From assembly GCA_964632315.1 (NCBI GenBank), contig CAZWEM010000049.1, positions 1-35,421 on the forward strand: DNA of 35,421 nt. Direction: 5' to 3'. The stretch is from an uncultured archaeon. Its GTDB lineage: Archaea > Asgardarchaeota > Lokiarchaeia > Sigyniarchaeales > SOKP01. The position numbers were made by a program, and so were the translations under genes. Position 1 is the first letter of the stretch. Each line of letters opens with the position of its first letter. Below the pieces are notes generated by a model, which worked only from the letters and a program-made list of their open reading frames with translations, searched no databases and had not been told where the DNA came from. Positions 1 to 9,902 of the stretch are shown piece after piece.

Positions 1-1
1 T

Positions 2-331
2 TTCTTCATCTAGATAAATTATATTTGCACCTGTTCTTTCGCAAACTTCTTTATAACCATTTATACTAAAAACTATTCTTGTCATATTAGCTTGCGTTGA
101 ATTTTCCATTACACTTACTTTTGCTCCTTTGTTTTTTAAATAATTGATTACTGCTTCTACTACTTCTGGAGAGGTATAGCAATGTTTTTTAAAGTCTATT
201 CCATTTACTTTAATATAAACCTCCTTTGAACTTTTTAAAATGGGAGTTTCACTGTCTTCTAAATAAGAAAACATTTTGTTAACCGCTTTATCTATTGAAC
301 TTGAGGTATCAGTAATATATACTTTAGACAT
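2..331 (-). CDS. DUF362-family protein, N-terminal part (runs off window start)
   Basis: Not in ORF track. Manual translation from ATG at 331 is open to the window edge: MSKVYITDTSSSIDKAVNKMFSYL...KEVYIKVNGIDFKKHCYTSPEVVEAVINYLKNKGAKVSVMENSTQANMTRIVFSINGYKEVCERTGANIIYLDEE. The VxIKxN...TxPEVVEAV...GA pattern resembles DUF362. Confidence 0.7.
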   Translation of the reverse strand, partial: MSKVYITDTSSSIDKAVNKMFSYLEDSETPILKSSKEVYIKVNGIDFKKHCYTSPEVVEAVINYLKNKGAKVSVMENSTQANMTRIVFSINGYKEVCERTGANIIYLDEE

Positions 332-440
332 TTTTTATCACCAAATTTTGTTAAGAGATTTAAATAAAAAAAGATTGACCTTGAAATTGAAAATAATATC
401 TTAATCCTATAAGGGAGGCTTATAAAATATTTCAAAAAAA

Positions 441-476
441 TTTTTATACTTTGACATATGTCAGAACTTGAGTTAT
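441..476 (+). promoter_or_regulatory. Putative TATA box (TTTTTATA 441-448) followed by a palindromic operator TGACATATGTCA (452-463), probably the PadR autoregulatory site
   Basis: Perfect 12-bp palindrome directly downstream of a TATA-like box, ~35 nt before the padR start; overlapping imperfect repeat ATATGTCA-N5-TGAGTTAT. Confidence 0.5.
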
Positions 477-498
477 TATTAAAAATAAGGGGTATAAA

Positions 499-1062
499 GT
501 GGCTGAAAAATTTGCTGAGAAGTTTGAATCTTCTATGAAAAATGGCTTTATAGCGTCTCTTATTTTAATTGTTATTGAGAAAAATCCGTCTTATGGCTAT
601 AAAATCGCTAAGGAGATAGAAAAGAGAACTTTAGGGTTATGGGATATACCTTCTTCAACTATGTACACTGTTTTAAAAGATATGACTGAGAAACAATTAA
701 TAACATTCAGAGAAGAACAAGTTGAGGGGAGAAATAGGAAAGTCTATGAAACTACTTCAAAAGGCCAATCAACCTTGAGAATTATGTTGGAAAAGAAAAG
801 TTTGATCGAGAGTTCATTCGAAGCCTTAAGAACTGCGATGTTAGGAGAAGACAAAGTCGCTTTACCCGAAAATATGAGGAAACTACATCCTTTAAATCTT
901 ATATTAAAAAGATTGGATGAAAGATCAGAACGAGAACAGTTAGATTTCCTTAAAGTTCAGAGGTCAATAATAACTAGGAATATTGAAAGACATAAAGAAC
1001 AAGTTCAAAGAATAGATGAAAGAATTGAAGTTTTAAACAGAAAAATAGAAAGAATAGAATAA
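499..1062 (+). CDS. PadR-family transcriptional regulator
   Basis: YGYKIAKEI...STMYTVLKDM...GRNRKVYETTSKG winged-helix signature; C-terminal coiled coil; GTG start. Confidence 0.9.
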   Translation: MAEKFAEKFESSMKNGFIASLILIVIEKNPSYGYKIAKEIEKRTLGLWDIPSSTMYTVLKDMTEKQLITFREEQVEGRNRKVYETTSKGQSTLRIMLEKKSLIESSFEALRTAMLGEDKVALPENMRKLHPLNLILKRLDERSEREQLDFLKVQRSIITRNIERHKEQVQRIDERIEVLNRKIERIE

Positions 1063-1134
1063 AATTGAATAGTTTAATGTTTTTAAAAATAAATTCAATC
1101 CATTATGATAATCAAATTTAATAATTGAAAGAAA

Positions 1135-2916
1135 ATGAATTCGCTACAAATGATTATAAAATATTGGTTGAAAAGTAAGGGAATTTTTGCAAAAGCATTT
1201 ATTTTACAAGTTGTATCTACTATTTTCCAGCTAATAGTCCCTATTTACATCGGACAGATTGTAGGGCGCTTTGATCCAAATGCAAACAATCCAATTAGCA
1301 CGCCCGAATTGTTTTTAGACTATTTTATAATTATCATCCTTGGATTGGCAGTATTTCTTATCTTCCGCTATTCACGCATATTGGGCGCTAAAGTGTCGAC
1401 TAATGCTTTATATTATATCAGAAAGGATATTCATAATGCAATTAATCGTCAGTCATTTGCGTACTTTGACCAAATGGAAGCGGGTAACTTAGTAGCGCGA
1501 GCTACTTCAGATGTTGAACAAACAAGCATGATTTTTGGCTTTGGATTAGGGGTAGGACTCCAGGGCGTTATCCAATTATTCGGAGTTTTAATTGCAGTTT
1601 CCATTCTTAGAACACAAATGATTTGGATATTCGTAATTCTTATTCCTTCCTCACTTTTGATTTCATTAATAATTACAAAGAAACTTCGACCAATATATTA
1701 TGAAAGTCGGGAAGCCTTTGGAGAACTCACAAATACTATACGAGAAAATATTGTTGGATCACAAGTAGTTCGAATGTTCAGCATGCAAGAAAAAGAGTTT
1801 CAAAAATTCAGAGCTAATAATCAGAGATTTTATAATGCTAGTGTACGCTCCGTAAAAATCAACTCACTTTATATGCCCATCAATCTCATTTTGATTGGCT
1901 TGATGATCATCCTTACCCTTTTTATCGGGGGAAATTTAGTTATTCAAGGTATAATATCATTGGCAACTCTTGTCACTTTTCAATCCTACATTGGATTAAC
2001 GACTTTCCCACTTATAGTTCTCGGTCAAATCATGATTATGTATGTTCAAGCAGATGCTGCTTTACGTCGAGTACGAGAAGTAATAGAATCTGCTCCTGAA
2101 ATTGAAGAGAGATCTAATCCTATTAGTGCTAAAAATCTTAAAGGTGATATCGAATTTAATAATGTGTCTTTTGGGTATACGCCAAGTAATCGAGTACTCA
2201 AAAATTTAACATTTAAAGTACCTTCAGGAAAGAAAGTTGCTATCATTGGAACTACTGGCTCTGGGAAATCCACTATTATTAATTTGATTCCACGCTTTTA
2301 TGATGTGAGTGATGGTTCCATTAAGATTGACGATGTTGACGTCAGAGACTATAATATCTCAGAACTACGCGCGAATATAGCAATTGTATCCCAGGATACT
2401 TTTTTATTTAATAAAACAATAAAAGAAAACATAACATATGGTAAAGAAAACGCAAAAATGGAAGAAATTGTAGAAGCTGCAGAAAGTGCAAACATTCATG
2501 ATTTTATTACCAATTTACCGGATAGTTACCAATCAATGGTGGGAGAGCGGGGCACACGTCTTTCTGGTGGCCAAAAACAGCGCTTAAGTATAGCACGTGC
2601 AATTATTCTTAAACCTAAAATACTGATTTTTGATGATTCTACAAGTTCAGTTGATGTTGAGACTGAATTCAAGATTCAACAAGCTCTTGAGCGCATTATG
2701 AAAAATACAACAACTTTTATTATTACTCAAAGAATATCCACAATCCGTAATGCTGATGAGATTCTTATATTAGATAAAGGTAGGATTGTAGGATTAGGGA
2801 CTCATAACAATTTAATTAAAGAAAATGTACTATATCGACAGATATTTGAAACACTTTATCGGAAACAAAAGGAACTCATTGCAAAACCAATAGAAACTCT
2901 CGAAGGAGGCTTATAA
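1135..2916 (+). CDS. ABC exporter, fused permease/ATP-binding subunit (heterodimer subunit A)
   Basis: TM domain plus Walker A GTTGSGKS, signature LSGGQKQR, degenerate Walker B IFDD and Q in place of the switch His (ITQR), as in TM287-type subunits. Confidence 0.93.
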   Translation: MNSLQMIIKYWLKSKGIFAKAFILQVVSTIFQLIVPIYIGQIVGRFDPNANNPISTPELFLDYFIIIILGLAVFLIFRYSRILGAKVSTNALYYIRKDIHNAINRQSFAYFDQMEAGNLVARATSDVEQTSMIFGFGLGVGLQGVIQLFGVLIAVSILRTQMIWIFVILIPSSLLISLIITKKLRPIYYESREAFGELTNTIRENIVGSQVVRMFSMQEKEFQKFRANNQRFYNASVRSVKINSLYMPINLILIGLMIILTLFIGGNLVIQGIISLATLVTFQSYIGLTTFPLIVLGQIMIMYVQADAALRRVREVIESAPEIEERSNPISAKNLKGDIEFNNVSFGYTPSNRVLKNLTFKVPSGKKVAIIGTTGSGKSTIINLIPRFYDVSDGSIKIDDVDVRDYNISELRANIAIVSQDTFLFNKTIKENITYGKENAKMEEIVEAAESANIHDFITNLPDSYQSMVGERGTRLSGGQKQRLSIARAIILKPKILIFDDSTSSVDVETEFKIQQALERIMKNTTTFIITQRISTIRNADEILILDKGRIVGLGTHNNLIKENVLYRQIFETLYRKQKELIAKPIETLEGGL

Positions 2917-5682
2917 ATGAAAAAAAAAGTTGTCCCAGAAGATTTAAGTGTATCCGAAAAAGAGATTAATCCCGAAGAAAAGAAACGCCTCGAAGAAATC
3001 GAAAAACAAAGAGAATTAAGGCCAGTTGGTCCCCAAGTAGGTCGACATCGTGGCCCAATGAGATTTATGGGAGAAAAAGTCAAACTTGAACATCCAAGAC
3101 GAGTTTTATGGCGTTGGATTCTCGCATATCTTTTTAGGTATAAGAAGTTGTTTATTTTTTATGCTCTATTAATTGTAGCAGGATCAATTATCAATTCTAT
3201 TACGCCATTATTAACTAGGAATCTAATTGATATTGGAATTATCCCAAGAGATTCTCAGGTAATATTTAGCATTTCCATCCTTTATTTATTCTTATTGATA
3301 ATGATGGCCTTAGGAAATTATATTGGTTCCTATGGTTTGGGAAAGATAGGTCAAAATGTTGTTTTTTCAATGCGAAATGATGTTTTCGAGCGACTGCAAA
3401 AAATGTCTATGTCGTATTTCGATACCCATCCTTCAGGTGATGTGATCTCTCGAGCAACAAACGATATCGATCAAATGAATTTATTAGTTGGAGGACAATT
3501 AGTCCAGATCATTACTAGCATAATCAGTCTCGGATTAAACATTACGTTCATGTTTGTATTGAGTCCTTTCCTCGCTTTATTTGGGCTAGCAGTTTTCCCA
3601 GTTTTCTATTTTATGTCTAGATGGTTTAGAAATCGAGTAACTGGTGCTTTTAAAGAAACTCGAAGAAAGATTAGCAAGGTTACATCTTCGATACAAGAAA
3701 ATATTGCGGGAGCAAAGACCGTCCAAGCATTTGGTCAAGAAAAAAAAGCAAGAAGTGAATTTGATCAAGCAAATCAGGAGAATGCTGATGCCTCATTTAA
3801 AGCACGGAGGATTTTTGCTACATTCTTTCCGCTCATAAGATTCTTATCATCAATCATAACCGCGACTGTACTTGTAATTGGAGGTTATGTGATTTTACTT
3901 AATTTTTCACCCTTTGGGATAGCAATCACTGCAGGAATACTTACTGCATTCATTCAATATTTATCAGGCTTTTTTCAACCATTTATGAATCTTACTCAAA
4001 TTCAACAAGTTATTGAAAGTGCAATGGCTGCTGCAGATCGAATCTATGCAATCTTAGATGAAGAGGTGGATCTTCCTGACCCAGAACAACCTATAGAAAT
4101 AGAGAATCCGAATGGATTTATTGAATTCGAGAATGTAAGTTTTGGTTATAAATTCAACGGAAATCAAGTAGTTGAGGCAATACCTGGGGGATCCCTTATA
4201 AAACCATCAATATTGTATGAATCGAATGATTCTAGGGAGATTACGCCACAAAAACATTTAGAAACACATGTTAACTTTAATCCAATGAAGATGATGGAAA
4301 AGGTTCGAAAATTATTTTCAAATCTCCCAGTACAATATAAATCATTCTTCCGACAGAATTTTATGCAAATACCGCAAGAAATTAGACGAGAAATGATTAG
4401 GGATTTAATGAAAGCGAGTCCTGAAGAATTCCCCACCAAGATCGATGAGATCTTTTCCAAACATGGATATGCTATTCCTCAGACTCGATTTGCTAAAGAT
4501 CATCCTGAATTGATTACAAATTTTCCTCACACTCATAAAAGTTCAATGATGATTGAGAAGAAATCATTTGAATCTAATGAAAAAGTTGAAGATTCAATAA
4601 AAACTTCAGAGGAAACCCAAAAATCTGTAATAGAAGAAATTCCTCCTTTTTTTCAAGGTATTCTAAATAATCCTGAGGTAATTAATCGAATGATTCGGAA
4701 TTTAGAAATGACCCTTAAAGGGCAATCAAATATGACGAGGAACAGGGGAGGAGGGATGGGCGGTGAATCTGGAGAAATGATGGGGGGTGCTGGAGGAGTG
4801 GGTGGAAAAATGAATACTACGCAGCTTCTTCGGATGTTAGCTGTAATCCCTTTACCCAAAGAAATTTCCAAAGATTTTCCTGAAATTGTAAAGGAAGCTA
4901 TTGAAGAGGAACGAATTCTTATGGAACATGAAATGTCTATCGGATATGTTCTAAAGCATGTCGACTTAAAAATAGATGAGGGAAAAACAATTGCTATTGT
5001 TGGAAGGACTGGTGCGGGTAAAACTACTTTCATCAAATTAGTTTGCCGATTCTATGATGTAACAGATGGAAGGGTTTTAATTGATGGTGTGGACGTAAAG
5101 TCTTTAGATAAAAAAAGTCTTAGAAATTTGATAGGGCTTGTACCCCAAGACTCATTCTTATTCTCAGGTACTATAAGAGATAACCTACTATATGGTTATG
5201 AAGATGGAGTTTCAAATCCAAAAATGAAAGAAAAGATGGACGAGAAGATGATCGAAGTGTCAAAATTCTTAGGACTCCATAATTTCATAGAGACTCTCCC
5301 AAAAAAGTATGATACTAAGCTAAAGGAGAATGCATCGAATATTTCTATAGGACAACGTCAATTAATTGCATTTGCTCGGGCTTTGATCCAAAATCCAAGG
5401 ATATTAATCCTTGATGAGGCAACTTCCTCTGTAGATCCTTACACGGAGTCATTGATTCAAGACGCTCTCGATCGAGCAAGAGAAGGTCGAACCACAATCA
5501 TAATCGCGCATCGTTTATCTACAATTAAAAATGCTGATTGGATAGTGGTGCTCGATCAAGATAAAAAAGGTATTGTAGAACAAGGTACACATGAGCAGTT
5601 AATCGCAAGGGATAATGGTGCATATAAACATCTTCTCGACATGCAATATAAGGATGTTTCAGTTGAAAATATTGAATCATAA
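2917..5682 (+). CDS. ABC exporter, fused permease/ATP-binding subunit (heterodimer subunit B) with a large insertion in the NBD
   Basis: TM domain, Walker A GRTGAGKT, degenerate signature ISIGQRQ, Walker B ILDEATS, IAHRLST, as in TM288-type subunits. About 265 extra residues lie between FENVSFGY and VLKHVDL. Starts immediately after the subunit A stop. Confidence 0.92.
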   Translation: MKKKVVPEDLSVSEKEINPEEKKRLEEIEKQRELRPVGPQVGRHRGPMRFMGEKVKLEHPRRVLWRWILAYLFRYKKLFIFYALLIVAGSIINSITPLLTRNLIDIGIIPRDSQVIFSISILYLFLLIMMALGNYIGSYGLGKIGQNVVFSMRNDVFERLQKMSMSYFDTHPSGDVISRATNDIDQMNLLVGGQLVQIITSIISLGLNITFMFVLSPFLALFGLAVFPVFYFMSRWFRNRVTGAFKETRRKISKVTSSIQENIAGAKTVQAFGQEKKARSEFDQANQENADASFKARRIFATFFPLIRFLSSIITATVLVIGGYVILLNFSPFGIAITAGILTAFIQYLSGFFQPFMNLTQIQQVIESAMAAADRIYAILDEEVDLPDPEQPIEIENPNGFIEFENVSFGYKFNGNQVVEAIPGGSLIKPSILYESNDSREITPQKHLETHVNFNPMKMMEKVRKLFSNLPVQYKSFFRQNFMQIPQEIRREMIRDLMKASPEEFPTKIDEIFSKHGYAIPQTRFAKDHPELITNFPHTHKSSMMIEKKSFESNEKVEDSIKTSEETQKSVIEEIPPFFQGILNNPEVINRMIRNLEMTLKGQSNMTRNRGGGMGGESGEMMGGAGGVGGKMNTTQLLRMLAVIPLPKEISKDFPEIVKEAIEEERILMEHEMSIGYVLKHVDLKIDEGKTIAIVGRTGAGKTTFIKLVCRFYDVTDGRVLIDGVDVKSLDKKSLRNLIGLVPQDSFLFSGTIRDNLLYGYEDGVSNPKMKEKMDEKMIEVSKFLGLHNFIETLPKKYDTKLKENASNISIGQRQLIAFARALIQNPRILILDEATSSVDPYTESLIQDALDRAREGRTTIIIAHRLSTIKNADWIVVLDQDKKGIVEQGTHEQLIARDNGAYKHLLDMQYKDVSVENIES

Positions 5683-5776
5683 TAGTTTTTAATAACAGCA
5701 GCGATAAATTTATTAAAAAAATTCTTTATTAAGTCTTTCTTTTCTTCTAGTAGAATGATTTTGAGGGAAAAATAAT

Positions 5777-6532
5777 TTGGTTTTTTTCAATTATAAAGGT
5801 AACAAAATATTCTATGAAATTAAAAAAGCTGAGTCGAGAAATTTCTTGATTTTCATTCATGGTTCTGGAAGCAATTCTAACATATGGAGATACCAGTTTG
5901 ACATTAATAAAAATTATAATTTAATTGCCTTAGATTTACCTTCCCATGACAGATCTGACAAATTCGAAAGTCTCTCTTTAGAATTATATGTTGATGTATT
6001 GCAGAAATTGGCTGAATCGTTAAGTTACGAAAAGATGATCTTATGTGGTCATTCATTGGGAGGTGCTGTTATTCAGTCGTATTACTTTACTTATCCTAAT
6101 TTTGTCAATAAGCTGATATTAGTAGGGACTGGAGCTAAATTAAGAGTGAGTCCCATCATTTTAGATTCGTTAAAAACGAATTATGATAAATTTCTAAAAG
6201 ATTTACCCATTGGAGCATTTTCAAGGAAAACTCCACCTAATATAATCAATGAATATGTTAAAGAAACTTCAAAGATCGGTCCTGAAGTTACTTATCAAGA
6301 TTTTTCTATATGTGATAGGTTTGATACAATGAATTTAACCTCGACCATAAAAATTCCAATCATAATGATAACTGGTAAAGAAGATAAATTGACCCCCGTA
6401 AAATATGCTAATTATTTTAAGGAGAAAGTTATCAATAGTAAGCTTTACGTTATTGAAAAAGCGGGACATATGGTAATGATTGAGCAACCAGAGAAGTTTA
6501 ATGATATAATTAAAGATAATATTAATTCTTAA
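5777..6532 (+). CDS. Alpha/beta hydrolase
   Basis: FIHGSG, nucleophile elbow GHSLGG, G-x-x-D and AGH catalytic-triad motifs. Confidence 0.9.
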   Translation: MVFFNYKGNKIFYEIKKAESRNFLIFIHGSGSNSNIWRYQFDINKNYNLIALDLPSHDRSDKFESLSLELYVDVLQKLAESLSYEKMILCGHSLGGAVIQSYYFTYPNFVNKLILVGTGAKLRVSPIILDSLKTNYDKFLKDLPIGAFSRKTPPNIINEYVKETSKIGPEVTYQDFSICDRFDTMNLTSTIKIPIIMITGKEDKLTPVKYANYFKEKVINSKLYVIEKAGHMVMIEQPEKFNDIIKDNINS

Positions 6533-6547
6533 GTTCGTGATTGTTTA

Positions 6548-7339
6548 GTGCCTAGAGAATATATATATGGACCCTATCCTTCAAGAAGATTGGGTCTTTC
6601 ATTGGGAGTGAATGTATTGCCTAAAGAAAAAACGTGTACATTCGACTGTGTTTATTGTGAGATTGGTCAAACAGAGAAATTAGTGGATTCAGATTTTAGA
6701 CTCAAGCTACCTCCATCACCTAAATTTGAAAAAGAACTGAGGGACATTTTGAAATTTTTCCCTCATTTAGATTCAATTACTTTTGGATATAATGGGGAGC
6801 CCACTTTAAATGAAAATCTTATTGATTTTTATGATATTGCTTTGAAGGTAAGAGAGGATTTTCTGTGGAAAAAAAATCCACCCCTTATTACTCTTTTTAC
6901 AAATTCAACTACGCTAAATTCAAGAAAAGTAAGGAAAATTCTCACTAATTTTGATTTAGTTCTTGCAAAATTGGATGTAGCCACACAAGAAGATTATATA
7001 AGAACAAATCGACCACACCCTAACTTGCCCGAAATTAGTACAATTATAGAAAATCTTTCGGTTTTATCTAGAGAAATGGTTTCAAATTCTTTAACTCTTC
7101 AATGTCTAATTTATAACTCATATAGAGATGACTATATTTCAAACTGTAACGAAGAGAATATAAGAAATATGGGGATTGCGATAAATAAAATTAAACCTAA
7201 CGGGGTTCAAATCTATTCTCTAGGAAGAATTCCCTCAGAATATTTTGTCTATTCGATTGATGAGGTTAAGAAAAAACAAATTTCAACCATTTTTAAGGAA
7301 CTAATAAAAGACTCATCAATTGAGATAGCTTTTTATTGA
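6548..7339 (+). CDS. Radical SAM protein (COG0731-like)
   Basis: YGPYPSRRLGLSLG, CxxxCxxC (CTFDCVYC), GEPTL, KLDVA. Confidence 0.88.
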   Translation: MPREYIYGPYPSRRLGLSLGVNVLPKEKTCTFDCVYCEIGQTEKLVDSDFRLKLPPSPKFEKELRDILKFFPHLDSITFGYNGEPTLNENLIDFYDIALKVREDFLWKKNPPLITLFTNSTTLNSRKVRKILTNFDLVLAKLDVATQEDYIRTNRPHPNLPEISTIIENLSVLSREMVSNSLTLQCLIYNSYRDDYISNCNEENIRNMGIAINKIKPNGVQIYSLGRIPSEYFVYSIDEVKKKQISTIFKELIKDSSIEIAFY

Positions 7340-7443
7340 TTTATAAAGATGCAAAATCATTATTTATTTTTTTGAATAGTTAACTTGATTATTTTTAAAT
7401 GATATATATTATTTGTATTATTTATCATAGGGTGGTATTTTTC

Positions 7444-8451
7444 GTGAATAATAACAAATTTATCATTGGAGTAGACATTGGCGGAACAAGGATTCGCGTG
7501 GCATTAAGCAGAAGTGATCTTCTTGAAGGGAGTATTAAAATGAAAACCATTTCAACTCCCAAAGAAAATGAATATTCAATAATTAATTCTGTGATTTCTC
7601 TTATTCAAGAAATTTTGGACGAAGCAAACCTAAAAAGCGACCAAATAGTAGGAATAGGATTAGCTAGTGCTGGACCTATTGATATAGAAAAAGGTGAGGT
7701 ATTTAATAATGCTAATTTGGGGTTCAAAGTAGTCCCTTTAAAACAACCGCTGAAAGAAAGTTTTCCAGACGTCCCAATTTTCGTCGTTAACGATTGTAAC
7801 GCTGCTGTATTAGGTGTTCATTATTTTGAAGCTCAAGAGGATGAAAAAGAAAACTTGGCATATATCACAATATCGACTGGTATTGGAGGAGGGGTTATTT
7901 GCAATGGTCATCTATTACTTGGAAAAGATGGAAATGCTGTTGAAATTGGGCATGGTGCTTTGGAAGCTCGAAGCCCATATCAGTGTAATTGTGGTGCTTA
8001 TGGCTGCTGGGAAGTGTATAGCTCTGGTACGGGTGTTAAGAATAGAGCTTTAGAAAAAATTGACGAGATGAGTTCTTCTGCAAAAATCTTACTGTATATG
8101 GTTGATAATGATAAAACAAAGATAACGGCTAAAGAAATATTTCAAGCAGCTAAAGGAGCCGATAAATTCTCAAAAATCATTGTAGATCAAGCAAACTTCT
8201 ATTCAAAAATCGGAATTGGCTTGGTTAATAATCATTATGATTGTTCTGCGATCTATTTCGGTGGAGCAATGATGAATGATAAATCGATGATATTACCACC
8301 AATTATTAAACAATTTGAGGAAGATCCTATCCCATTCACGATTAATCGTCCTCCAAAATTAAAAGTAACCAAATTTTTGGACGAAATTGGCGTAAGAGGA
8401 GCATTAGTATTCATTAAATACAAATTAGAAGGAAATTCTTTGTTAGAATAA
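7444..8451 (+). CDS. ROK-family sugar kinase (glucokinase-like)
   Basis: IGVDIGGT, NDCNAA, STGIGGG, EIGH, CxCGxxGCWE zinc motif. GTG at 7444 preferred over 7399 because GGTGG lies just upstream. Confidence 0.9.
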   Translation: MNNNKFIIGVDIGGTRIRVALSRSDLLEGSIKMKTISTPKENEYSIINSVISLIQEILDEANLKSDQIVGIGLASAGPIDIEKGEVFNNANLGFKVVPLKQPLKESFPDVPIFVVNDCNAAVLGVHYFEAQEDEKENLAYITISTGIGGGVICNGHLLLGKDGNAVEIGHGALEARSPYQCNCGAYGCWEVYSSGTGVKNRALEKIDEMSSSAKILLYMVDNDKTKITAKEIFQAAKGADKFSKIIVDQANFYSKIGIGLVNNHYDCSAIYFGGAMMNDKSMILPPIIKQFEEDPIPFTINRPPKLKVTKFLDEIGVRGALVFIKYKLEGNSLLE

Positions 8452-8455
8452 AATC

Positions 8456-9874
8456 ATGGGAAACTTGATTTTCACTTTTAGTGGAATAAGGGGAATAGCA
8501 GGTAAAGATTTAAGTGAAGGGATAGTCGAGAAAATAGCCTTCTTATTTGGAGAACGTTTTGAAAAGGAAAAAAGAAAAGCTATTATTGGTAGAGATACAA
8601 GATCTAGCGGTTTAAATTTAGAGAAAGCTGTAATCTCAGGACTCTCATTAGCGGATTTCGAGATATATCGCACGGGGATATGCCCAACTCCCGTTTTGAT
8701 ATTTATGAAAAATAAATTAAATATTAATTTGGGAATAATGATCACTGGTTCTCATAATCCTCCTGATTGGAACGGCTTAAAACTAATTAAGGATGAGAAT
8801 TACTTAAATAACTTGGAACTAAAGGATCTTAAAAAAAAGTTAAATGAAACTCAAACACAATTTTTTCAAAGTCAAAAGGTTGAAAAGAATATTAAAGATG
8901 TTAACCCAATTCCTGATTACTTACAAAGTCTTTACAGTCACTTGAATTTAAAGAAAATTAAAAAAAAAAATAATTTAAAAGTGGTTATTGACACAGGTGC
9001 TGGAGCTGGGAAGGTTGTAACGCCAAAGATGCTTAGAGATTTAGGATGCCAAGTAAAAAGTATTAATGATGAACTATATGTAAATAATGTATTTCCACGA
9101 GGAATAGAACCTGTTGCTAAAAACTTACATGATTTAATAATGGAAGTATGGCAAGAAAAATATGATGTAGGATTTGCACATGACAGTGATGCTGATAGAC
9201 TCGCAATTATTGGTGAAAATGGGACATGTTATCCAGAAGATATTGGACTTGCGCTTATAATGGAATATATGCTTCAAAATGCTGATCACAAGTTCAAGGA
9301 TGTATTTTTTGTTACGAATTTAGCTTCTTCACTTATCTTTGACTTGATTGGAGAAAAATATGGGGCTAAAGTAATTAGAACACCAATAGGAGAATATTAC
9401 TTAATTAACGAAATACGCCATTTAACTAAAGACAATTCAAATTCTACTCTTGTTTTTGGTGGTGAAGGATCATGTGGTGGTGTGATGTATCCCCCGTTTA
9501 ACAATACTCGGGATGGGATCTTTGCTGTAGCAAAAATAGTAGAAATCTTAGCATTAACTGGAGAAAAAATGTCCGTATTAGTCTCAAAACTTCCCAGATA
9601 TTACACTTACAGAGAAATCATAAAATTAGATAATTATCAAGTAAAATCTATTATCGATAAGACAAGAGTAGAATTAGAGAATGAAGGAGAAAAGGTAGTT
9701 CAAATCAACCAAGATTTAAAATTTGGATCGAATAAGGAGTATTTCGTATTAATTCATCCTTCAAATACAGAACCTGTGATTCGCATCATAAGTGAGGCTA
9801 AGACAGAATCATTAGCTCGCGTATATTGTCAAACTACTGCAGAATTAATTAAATTAGTAATGTCGTACTTGTAA
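8456..9874 (+). CDS. Phosphohexomutase (PGM/PMM/GlmM family)
   Basis: SGIRG, GRDTR, catalytic TGSHNP, metal loop DSDADR, GGEGS, SNTEPVIRI. Confidence 0.92.
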   Translation: MGNLIFTFSGIRGIAGKDLSEGIVEKIAFLFGERFEKEKRKAIIGRDTRSSGLNLEKAVISGLSLADFEIYRTGICPTPVLIFMKNKLNINLGIMITGSHNPPDWNGLKLIKDENYLNNLELKDLKKKLNETQTQFFQSQKVEKNIKDVNPIPDYLQSLYSHLNLKKIKKKNNLKVVIDTGAGAGKVVTPKMLRDLGCQVKSINDELYVNNVFPRGIEPVAKNLHDLIMEVWQEKYDVGFAHDSDADRLAIIGENGTCYPEDIGLALIMEYMLQNADHKFKDVFFVTNLASSLIFDLIGEKYGAKVIRTPIGEYYLINEIRHLTKDNSNSTLVFGGEGSCGGVMYPPFNNTRDGIFAVAKIVEILALTGEKMSVLVSKLPRYYTYREIIKLDNYQVKSIIDKTRVELENEGEKVVQINQDLKFGSNKEYFVLIHPSNTEPVIRIISEAKTESLARVYCQTTAELIKLVMSYL

Positions 9875-9902
9875 TTTCAATGGTTTTTTGACTTTAATTT
9901 AG

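Noticed and set aside
4150-4944. Intein in the ABC ATPase domain
   Set aside because: No N-terminal Cys/Ser block, no C-terminal His-Asn followed by Cys/Ser/Thr, and no LAGLIDADG motifs.
2046-5036. Short overlapping ORFs within the ABC genes (2046-2273, 2856-3083, 3586-3768, 3644-3838, 4164-4460, 4653-5036)
   Set aside because: Antisense or out-of-frame shadows of well-supported genes with no recognisable motifs.
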